The notes under the pieces were generated by a model that was given only the letters and a program-made list of their open reading frames with translations, did no database searches and was not told the DNA's origin. Made by a program: the position numbers and the translations under genes. From assembly GCA_002104905.1 (NCBI GenBank), contig MCFE01000088.1, positions 62,001 through 126,000 on the forward strand: 64,000 bases of DNA. Direction: 5' to 3'. The DNA comes from Basidiobolus meristosporus CBS 931.73. Lineage: Eukaryota; Fungi; Basidiobolomycota. How positions within the stretch are numbered: position 1 is the first letter of the stretch; each line of letters begins with the position of its first letter. Shown here one piece after another: positions 39,856-49,500 of this stretch.

Positions 39856-41095
39856 ATGAATCCCCCAACTGCACCTGTGGAAAAGAAAAACTTCTTTCAG
39901 GAACATGAGACATTCTCTCGATTTGCCTTTGGTGGTTTAGCTTGTACAAGTGCCGCTTTAGTCACCAACCCGGTGGACGTATTGAAAGTCCGTTTACAAC
40001 TAGTTGGAGAGCGTACCCATCATCCAGCCGGGACCTCAGCCACCTTAAACCACGCCACTCCCCACAGCACCTTTTCCCCACCTATAGCACGTTCCAGCAC
40101 CACAATTCCCATCAACGGCACCATACCCGTCATCCCCCTGAACACAAAGCCCGTTGGAGGTGGTGCGTTCAGTCGTTTAAACCAGGCACGACTTTTGTTA
40201 GTTCAAGAGGCAGGCAGCGGATTTGGGTTCTTATACAAAGGGCTGACCCCCGCTCTGCTACGGGAGGGAACCTACTCCACTATCAGGTATAGTATAAGAA
40301 AGTCCGTGTCACCCAGAGTCTTGGTGTTGAACTAACATGAGTTTTCAGAGTTGGGCTCTATGAAACGTTCAAGCATTTCCTTGTCACCCCCGATGCACAA
40401 GATAAGTACCTCCCGCTGTGGAAGAAGATTGTGGCTGGAGGATCGGCTGGAGCCATTGGCTCCGCTATCGCCAATCCAACCGATCTGGTCAAAGGTAGGA
40501 GTATGTTGTGAACGATCAAAGTTGAGCCTCATACTGAGCAGATGTCTAGTCAGGATGCAAGCCAAAACTGGTGCAGTGAAGTACAAATCGACCTTGGACG
40601 CTTTCATTCGTATCTACCGTGACGAAGGAGGAATCCGAGGGCTGTATCGTGGGGTTGGCCCAACGACCCAACGAGCAATTCTGCTAACCTCCTCACAGCT
40701 ACCCAGCTACGATCAATCCAAGCAGATGCTGGTGGGCCTTGGCTACAGAGCGGACTCTATCAACACACACTTTGTAGCATCGTTCATGGCAGGTAACAAC
40801 CCTAGTAGACTCACCTGCACCTCGAGGTCTAGATTCACTGAACCATTTCTTAGGCTTTGTCTGCTCGCTCGTCACCTCGCCAATGGACCTCGTCAAGTCT
40901 AGGCTGATGCTTCAAAGGGATCAGCACAAGTACCGAGGGATTTTGGACTGTGCGTTCCAGACGGTCAAATATGAAGGATTCCTTGGGCTGTACAGGGGCT
41001 TCATGATGAATTGGTTGCGCCTGGGTCCCCACACGATCATCACTTTCCTCATCTTTGAGAAGCTCCGCCACCTCGCTGGCATCAAGCCACTGTGA
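39856..41095 (+). CDS. SLC25 mitochondrial carrier, UCP/oxoglutarate-dicarboxylate carrier-like; 4 exons
   Basis: Three PX[DE]XX[KR]X[RK] signatures (NPVDVLKVR, NPTDLVKVR, SPMDLVKSR); GT-AG introns starting about 40287, 40495, 40793; WLRLGPHTIITF. Confidence 0.92.
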
Positions 41096-41710
41096 GCTCG
41101 ACATTTCATCTGTGTACATAACATCGAACCCCATCAATTCAGTGAATAAAGCCGTAGTGAACCACGTGGGATAGAGGTACGAGAGGTGTGTAGGAATCCT
41201 GAATTAGGGGAGATTATCCCTGGCGTAGGAAGGATATTGTCGGAGAGTGACTGTTTATGCATCAGTGGCATTGTTCCGAATCGAAAAGGTGGCGGAAAGC
41301 AGTCATCCGGATGGGAGGGAAATCACCACCAAGGTAGACGATTTGAGCAGATACATGGTTTGAGATGTGCAGGTGCGTAAGAAGGCAGACGACCCCTGGA
41401 ATGGATCCAAGTAATTTCCGAATGTAGCACCGTTTGAAGGTGACCCTATCGGAGGGAATCCCTTGGGCTCACTTAAAAGTCCACCATGCCCCTTCCCATT
41501 GCCAAAGGGTTTTGTGTTTTTGTTCGTAGTCCGAACCACGCCTAATCAACGAACTCAATTTTGAATCTAGTTTTGTTGTTTCTTAATTCTTTAGTAAACC
41601 ATCTCTAACCAACACATGTAAGTACATCTCTATTCCCCCAGCCAACTCTGCGACTAGCTAATCTGGCTTTCTGAACCAGCACCAACTAACGACACCCCAG
41701 AATCGACAAC

Positions 41711-43118
41711 ATGAATGAGACCAAACTTGCGCGTATGCCATCTTTCGAACTATTCGCCGTAAGCCAGGAGATGGAGAAGATCCAGAATGAGAATATTCGA
41801 GTATGAAGCATCCAGCATCTACACAATCCCCCCGCCCAACTCACCCAAACTCCCTCCTTTAGCTGCTGACCCAACTCCAGGAGTTCACCGACACGAACAA
41901 TAGTTTGTTGGAGGAAAACGCCTTTTGCAAAAAGAAATACGCCTCCATTCAGCAGGATGCTCAGAACGCGCGGAATATGTATACTAGATTGGAAACCCAG
42001 CTGTTTATCAGTGATGGTCAATTAGAGGACCTCCGGAAGGAGAATATCGCCCTAGTGCGTCGTTCCAAAGAGATCGAGAAGAAGCTTGAAACAGAAACCA
42101 AGGAAATGGAGCGAGAGAGGCTCTTGACGTCAGAGAAGTTGGCCTCGCTCCAAACGCAGTTGAGAAGGCTCAAGATTCGCTCGGCCCCTCCGCCAGCCAG
42201 AAGCGAAACCGCCGCCAGCCCCTCACCTAAGAGCCCGGTAGATGAGCACAAGGATATCTTTCGAGAGAACACCATCCTGAACAAAACCGTCAAGAGTCAG
42301 GATAAGTTGATTCTTGAGTTGAGAGAGGAGTTGGAGAAATCCAAACAGGCCACCCAATCCGCGGTTTCTCGCTGCCAGGAGTATTCACTGCGGGTCGCTT
42401 CCCTGGAGAGTGAGAAGCAACAGATCAAGCGGGTGAACTTGACCCTGATGGAGGAAAATGAATCTTACCAGGTGTTGTTACACGAGAAGACAATGAGTGG
42501 CAGTTTCATGCTCAATCCGATCTTACAGGTAATTCAATCACTTCCCCTAGTAGAAACCTCAGTTTGTTGATTTTCCTGGCTAGAATCGAATCGACTCCAT
42601 CGAGGATGATGAAGGGGGCTTGGGCTCCTTGGCCAAGGAGATTCTCTCCGCACCCACCTCCCCGACCACCGCCGACTTCGACACCACATACACCATCGAG
42701 AAGCTCAGAGATGACATTGGCGCGTTCAGGGATGAGAATCGCTCCTTGAAAGACGAAAATAAGGCTCTGGCCCTCTACATCAACAAAATCCTGAACCCGT
42801 ATTCTAGAAAGCGGGCAGTTGGAGATTGTCTTAAGCTCGGACTACAAGGCACCCAGCCCAAAGCCTGTCAGTGAAAAGGCACCAACGGAGACCACCAGCG
42901 ATAAGAACCGCGTTTCCTTTGAGGTAAAAGAGGGCACACCCGACCAGAACACCGTTAAAGGTGGAAGATCTAGACGCTCCCACTCCATGAGTCAAAACAC
43001 TCCCACCGCTGGAGGAGTGACTGGCGGTTTTCGCGCGGCCTGGAAGAGAATGAGCGTTAGTGGATGGAAGACCGGATCACTAAATCCAATCAGTGACAGT
43101 GATAATGCAGCTAACTAG
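41711..43118 (+). CDS. Coiled-coil protein; exons 41711-41800, 41863-42528, 42584-43118, with a +1 frameshift at 42796-42798
   Basis: GT-AG introns join frames exactly; long heptad-rich stretches; removing one C gives ENKALALYINKILNRILESGQLEIVLS. Confidence 0.75.
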
Positions 43119-43309
43119 GCAAACATGCTTTACATAGAAGTAGGCCAGAATGATCTACACAGCATCAATGTTTCATCCCTGGAGTAGCCGATCCTCCCTG
43201 AATTTTCGATCACACGTCCAAGTATCCTCATATACCTCGAAGGAACAAGATACATTGTCCCAATAAATGAAAATAGATTTGATGTTTGTTTTGAAAATTG
43301 ATATGTGGG

Positions 43310-43429
43310 TAGCCTCTTGTGAGGCCGAAGAAAAATTGGCGAAGCTCCATTGAATGTTCCCCCTCCACGGAAATCTTTAGTAAAAGGCGAAAGATTTATC
43401 CGACTAAATGAAGAGGGAACTGGAGCGAT
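43310..43429 (-). ncRNA. U5: U5 spliceosomal snRNA, copy 1 (120 nt)
   Basis: AAATCTTTCGCCTTTTACTAAAGATTTCCGTGGAG is the U5 stem-loop 1 core with invariant loop GCCUUUUAC; long stem I, U-rich Sm site, 3' hairpin GCCTC-ACAA-GAGGC. Confidence 0.97.
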
Positions 43430-43635
43430 GAAGAAAGCCTTCATTACTAGTTGAAATTTATTAGTGATGAGAAAATGCAGCAATTATGGGATTGATTTTG
43501 TTGGTAGCATATCTCGGAGTCTCTAACAAATCGATCAGTGATGCATATTTTTGATTTCCTGAGGGTCAATTAATCCCACAATCTTTATGGCAGCTCAAGG
43601 TGTATAAATCCGGCCGAATCAATCGTGGAATAGTT
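43430..43635. promoter_or_regulatory. Shared 206-bp divergent promoter of U5 copies 1 and 2
   Basis: TCCCACAAT at 43574 and TATAAA at 43603 for copy 2; on the minus strand TCCCATAAT from 43491 and AATAAA from 43462 for copy 1. Confidence 0.75.
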
Positions 43636-43755
43636 ATCGCTCCAGTTCCCTCTTCATTTAGTCGGATAAATCTTTCGCCTTTTACTAAAGATTTCCGTGG
43701 AGGGGGAACATTCAATGGAGCTTCGCCAATTTTTCTTCGGCCTCACAAGAGGCTA
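43636..43755 (+). ncRNA. U5: U5 spliceosomal snRNA, copy 2 (120 nt), identical to copy 1 by eye
   Basis: Same U5 motifs as copy 1. Confidence 0.97.
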
Positions 43756-44231
43756 TTTACCACATCAAATTTCAAACAAATACAAAATATATTTCATGAG
43801 TCGGAAATAAGCCAATTATTCCTTTAAGGTTTGTTAGGATATATTTCAAAAGCCTCAGGATACATCCAATGATATTGAATGCCTTCTGTATCTCAAATAC
43901 AATCAGGGCGAAGGAAAGGGACACTTTTCTTGCACACATTTGAGGAATACGTGAATGCCTTTGTAGCAACTGGCATTTCTTCTAGACACTTAGGTTTTTG
44001 GTACGTAAACTTGATCGGCTAACGATTTTTGGAGATTTAAACAAGAATCATAACTCAAACGATGTTGAATGTTCCCTGTATCTCAAATACAACGGGTGTA
44101 CAAATAGGATTCTTGCATATATTCGACTATTGTTGATGCAAAAAAGTTGTATTCACATCTGCCTTTAGGTTTTGACACGTAGGCAGTGCCTTGTATGGGT
44201 GGATAAACGGTTTGAAGATTGATATGGTAGA

Positions 44232-44351
44232 TAGCCTCTTGTGAGGCCGAAGAAAAATTGGCGAAGCTCCATTGAATGTTCCCCCTCCACGGAAATCTTT
44301 AGTAAAAGGCGAAAGATTTATCCGACTAGATGAAGAGGAAACTGGAGCGAT
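44232..44351 (-). ncRNA. U5: U5 spliceosomal snRNA, copy 3 (120 nt), two substitutions in the 5' arm
   Basis: Same U5 motifs; ccagtttcctcttcatctagt versus ccagttccctcttcatttagt. Confidence 0.97.
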
Positions 44352-44378
44352 GTATCATCGTGATTCATAAATTGGGTT

Positions 44379-44414
44379 TTTATTCTCAGCGTGTAGTTCG
44401 GGATATTTATGGGA
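44379..44414 (-). promoter_or_regulatory. Promoter motifs of U5 copy 3
   Basis: Minus-strand TCCCATAAA from 44414 (-63) and AATAAA from 44384 (-33). Confidence 0.7.
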
Positions 44415-44469
44415 ATGGCTCCGATCTTTTCCCAACTCATCTAAATTCAATTCAATTCATGGCCTGTGA

Positions 44470-46297
44470 ATGTTGAATATGCTTTATAGTTCACCCTATG
44501 CTCCTGTGGATATCCCGGATATCGATGTTTTCACTTACCTTTTTGACAACCCACCTCCGTATGTGACCAAGGAGAGTGTGGTCATTATTGACTCCAAAAC
44601 TAACCAAAAGACCACCTTTGGTCAGCTTCAAAAACAGTCTCTAGCGTTTGCTAAAGAGGCCGAGCGTATTGGCGTTGGAAAGGGTGATGTGGTAGCAGTA
44701 TTCTCTGGCAATAATGTAAGTGGATATTCCCTCTTAGCTAGGGCGAAGAAACTAATGTCCTCCCAAGTGTTTGTATTCGAGTGTTTGCTTTGGAACCATA
44801 GCCATAGGTTGGGCCTCATGAAATTGTAAAGACTTTCCAGAGTTTAATCGTATTGTCTAGGCGGTATCGTGGCCCCCTTCAATCCCTCTCTCAAGCCCGC
44901 AGAGACTTGTGGTTACTTTTCGCAACTCCTTCCCAAGGTTGTTGTCACAGAAGCCCAACATTTGCCCAAGATCCAGCAAACTCTAGAACTCAGCCATCTG
45001 GAGACTACACATATCTATGTCTTTGATTCTCACGAACAGGCCAAAAGCATACTCGATCTTGAGTATGATGCTTCTTTTGAACGGCCTGCTGTTTCTCCCC
45101 TCGATGTTGCGTACATATGTTACTCTTCCGGAACTTCTGGTAATTCCACTCATTGAATCCTTCTTAAAGTTGTGCTAAATTGGGCCAGGCCTTCCAAAGG
45201 GCGTACAATTAACCCATAGGAACATCGTTAGCAACGTGGCCCAGCAATTGGGACCGTTTGAGCAGCCCGAGAGGCGAGATGTTTATATAGGTGTGTTGCC
45301 GTTTTATCACAGCTTTGGTTTAAATTGTCTGCTCCACATGCTACTCAAACTTGTAAGTCATGCCGATTTTTTTGAAACGTGGGGGATTAGTTTATTTATT
45401 TTTGGACTGGAATAGAACGCGACCCTCGTCGTCATGGCTAAATTTGAGTTCCTGTCGTTCCTGCGTGCGATTGAAGAGTATCAGGTGACCATCGCTCGGA
45501 TTGCACCACCAATCGCGGTGTTGCTATCGAAGCGTCGCGAAGTCGACGATTTCGATCTTTCATCCTTGAGAGCATTACGCTGTGGCGCAGCACCGTTAGG
45601 GCCAGGCGTAAGTACTGATCTCGCCCGTAAGCTTCCGCACTGCGATATGAAGCAAGGCTACGGGCTTACCGAAGCCGCGCCTGTTATTACATATATGGGC
45701 GACTCTACAGTGGTCATGGGGAGTGTAGGCCATCTTTTACCTAACCAGGTAGCGTGTATCAAATCGCCTTCTGGACATAGCTTAGGAGTCGATCAAGAGG
45801 GAGAGCTTTGGATCAAGGGACCCAACGTCATGCACGGCTACCACAACAACCTTGATGCCACTGCGGCGACTGTGGACGCCGATGGCTTTCTGCATACCGG
45901 GGATGTGGCCAAGTTCGATAAACATGGCAATCTATTCATCACCGACCGATTGAAAGAACTCATCAAATACAACGGATACCAGGTGGCCCCAGCGGAACTA
46001 GAGGCACTTCTTCTGACCCACCCATACGTAGCCGACGCTGGGGTGATTGGCGTACAGTGTCCTAGACGATATACCGAAATCCCAAAAGCATTCGTCGTCC
46101 TCAAGCCTGAGGCGACTCCTTCAGAGGAGGCGCGACTGGACATTCTCCAATACGTCGCGGACCGCGTTGCTAATTACAAGTGGATTCGCGGTGGGGTGGA
46201 ATTCGTAAGCGTCATACCCAAATCACCCTCGGGCAAGTTGCTGCGCAGAGAGCTCCGGCACAGAGAAAAGAAGCGCCAGACGCACTCCAAGTTGTAA
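44470..46297 (+). CDS. 4-coumarate:CoA ligase-like adenylate-forming enzyme with C-terminal PTS1 (SKL); 5 exons; start may be 44479
   Basis: YSSGTSGLPKGVQLTH (spliced), QGYGLTE, GELWIKGPNVMHGY, FLHTGD, DRLKELIKYNGYQVAPAELE, PKSPSGKLLRR; introns starting about 44716, 44808, 45141, 45352. Confidence 0.93.
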
Positions 46298-46539
46298 TGC
46301 AGAGATGTTTATTTTGTTTATGCATCCGTAGTCCAGCTAACCCAATAAAAGATCCATGATGATGAATGCGGAATCTTGGAAAACGGGGGATTTTGGGATT
46401 CAGCGGTCGGATTGAAAAAAAAAGTGTTTTCGATTTTTTTTCGTTTTTTTGCCACCTAAAACCAGCTGGTGGATTCGTCAGTAGGCTTAGTGTTTCCGAA
46501 GACGAAGCCTAGTGAAGCAACTCAACGATAGAATTTACG

Positions 46540-49500
46540 ATGGCCTCATCGTTAGCATTACAACTTCAGGGTATTCGAACCGTCGATAACCCCCTAGGAA
46601 ATGACAACTTCACCTCCAAATTCAAGGCTTCCTTCCTTTTTGACTCTAGACAAGCCGCCGATTATGATTTGGAAACCATCTTTTCTTTGGGAGTGAACGG
46701 CCTCGCTGAGCTCAAGCAGCTCAACAGCCATTTCGCTCAATTTGAGAAGACCCTTTTTTCGGAAGCAATCAAGAACGTGGACAGGGTCTTGCAGACCAAA
46801 GAGGAGAACGAAAAGCTGGACGCCAGTATCCTCGCCTTCATGCAGCAACTGTCCCCCTACTTCTTGTTGAAGCCGGCCGGGAAAGTGCTCGAATGGTTGA
46901 TTCGCAGATTCAGAATCAACGAATTCAACATTGACGCCATCATGACCTGTATCCTTCCCTATCATGAGACGAAGCCCTTTGTGACCATGGCCACGATCCT
47001 TCGAATCCCAGACGATAGCCAGTGGACCTTCATTCGCCCTATCCGCAAGACTGCCCAACCCCTTGAACGCACACAACTTGTTGCTCAATGTATTAAAGAG
47101 AAGTCGCTTTTAGATTTTGTATGTAACATGATTCTCAACTCGGCCAACAAGAAGATCGCATTCAAAAGCTTGGTCTCATTCTATGCATCAACCATGATGG
47201 AGATAATCGAAACCCTTCCCACCATCTCCGACAGCTTCTTGTTAAACATCATGCCCTTCATATTCGATGGCATTCGCGCCAAGAACTCTCCAGAGTTCCA
47301 GCTAGCCAGTTACATGATCATAAGTCAGATCTCCGCCCGTGCGGTTCTTTCCAGCGAGACCTGCGATGGGATCCTTTCCGCAATGACCCAGCATTACTCG
47401 GATGCTCGTGGCGTTTTGTTGTGCGTTATTCAGCTCTTCCAGTCTCAGGAGGAGCTCGTCGATATTCCCGAAAGAGCCTTCAAGCACATCGCCAAGATCG
47501 CCGAATTGAACGAATTGCTCGCCGACGTCTGCTCGAAGTATGCGTCCAACAAGTTCCTCTACCCCTTCCTTCTCAACCTCATCAAGCACAGTGGCCAGCA
47601 CGAGAACTACGACAAAGTATTGAACAGCGTGCTCAAGCAGGAGAAGTTGCCTAGCACCATGGTTCAGAGTCTTTGCGAGAGTATCTTGGATTTGTTTTTG
47701 GAAAGCAAGCTATCCTCCGGCAACTCGGAGGACTTTTGCGCCAAGATGCGCGAGTTACTTCAAATTCTCCAAATCAAGTATTCCGAAGATATCGATACTT
47801 CCTTGGAGAGCAAGCTTAGAGTTGTTAGCCAAGACAAGTCCTCAGCCGGGAAGAAAACCCAGCAATTGCTCTACGAGTTCATCGCCCAAACTTTCAAGGG
47901 AACTCGTCACGAGCCGATTCAAGAATCAAACACCACTTTGTATCTCAGTTTGAATCATGCCGACACCAGCATCCGTCTCATTGCGTTGCAGAAACTGAAG
48001 TCTTTAGTCGAGGATGGATCCAGCTCTGCATTCGAGGACATCTTGGAGCAGACTTTATTGGCACGCTTGGGAGATGATGTCGACCAAATTTCTGCTTTCG
48101 TGATCGCCTTCCCAGGCCTTGAGAAGCTTGTTTCCGGAGAGAAGCTCCTGGTGCAAATCGAGAAGCTTTTGGATTCCGAGGATATCTCCCGCAAGACCAA
48201 GATCGCCTCCCTGGACTTCCTTACTGGAGCTTTCTTGGAAGCCAACCCCTCTCTGGAGAACCTGGTCATTCCTATCATTCTGTCCAACTGTGTAGCAACC
48301 AAGAGAACATGGAAGTCTTCCCTACACTTGCTCAGAACCATTCCCAAGTCCAAGCTGGCTTCATCCCCATTGTTTGCTCGTTTCTCCACTTTCGATCGCA
48401 AGACTCTTGAGGAGATCGAGGCATGCGAGGACAAGGAAAAGAAGCTCCTTGGATTGGTCGACCTTGATATTCAACTGGTCAAGCTGGTCGCCGACAATCT
48501 TGTCAGCAATATCGATGCTCAGGAGCTATTCATCAAGGCATTCAGCTCTCAGCGCTCCATGTGGGAGTTGTTCGCCACTTTGGTCTTGAACAGAGCCATC
48601 TATCTGTTGGACGAGAAGAAATCCATCAGCATTATCAGCACCATTCTTCCTCACATCCTGGAGAAATTGAATGAGCTAAGAAACACCCAGCAGCTCTCGG
48701 CCAAGGACTTCATTGCTTCCTCCGAGGGACTACCCTCTGAGGCCCATATCAACGATATCGCCAGAAAGGGCACCAAGTTCAACAAGATCCACAATGTTCT
48801 CTTCTCATTGGTCAACATTGTCTCTTGTCTCAAGGTGAAGGAGATGGGATCCATCCCATGGCTCGCACCCGTGGACAGCGTATCGACCACCATCAAGCAA
48901 TACAAGGAGATCCTGGTGAAGCTCTATATCACCTTTACCTCCGGTCAAAGCATCGGTTGCTTCGAGAAAATGGTTCGTGGTCTTTTCGAGCATCACCTTC
49001 AAGATGACCCGATCGAGTTTTTGAGCTCCTTCTGGACTGAGGATGAGGCTGAATCGTCTGCCTTGGTCCAAATGAGAAGCTTGCATATCGCCAATGCATA
49101 CTTCCTTGCTCACGCGGACCCATCCACTCCAGCATACACTGACTTCCAGCTTGTGATCCCCTCCTTGTTGATCACCATCTTGCATCCTAGCAAGGTTGTT
49201 AGACACGCTGGATTGTCTTGCCTTTCCTCCATCGACAAAGCATACGAGAAGTTGATGGGCAGTATGTCGAACCTCAAGTCTATCAAGGCAGAGAGCATCT
49301 ACAAATACGACAGCTTCTATGGCAGTAGCTCCGATCAGTTGCAATATCTCCTGGTCGAGAACATCTTCGAGTTCTTGAGGGCCGTTGAAGCCAGCAAGGA
49401 GGAGTTCCTTGCTGATCCTCAGTATATCGAGAAGTTCTTGGGTGATTATTTGACCAAGGACTCGAAAGAATCCAAGAAGCAGGCCAGCATGAAAGAGAGC

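Noticed and set aside
43130-43827. Two ORFs sharing the peptide IAPVPSSFSRINLSPFTKDFRGGGTFNG
   Set aside because: They are translations of U5 snRNA copies 1 and 2, not proteins.
43310-44351. The 120-bp repeat as a MITE, Helitron end, SECIS or hammerhead
   Set aside because: Exact U5 loop 1 and stem architecture explain it; no TSD, TIR or ribozyme core.
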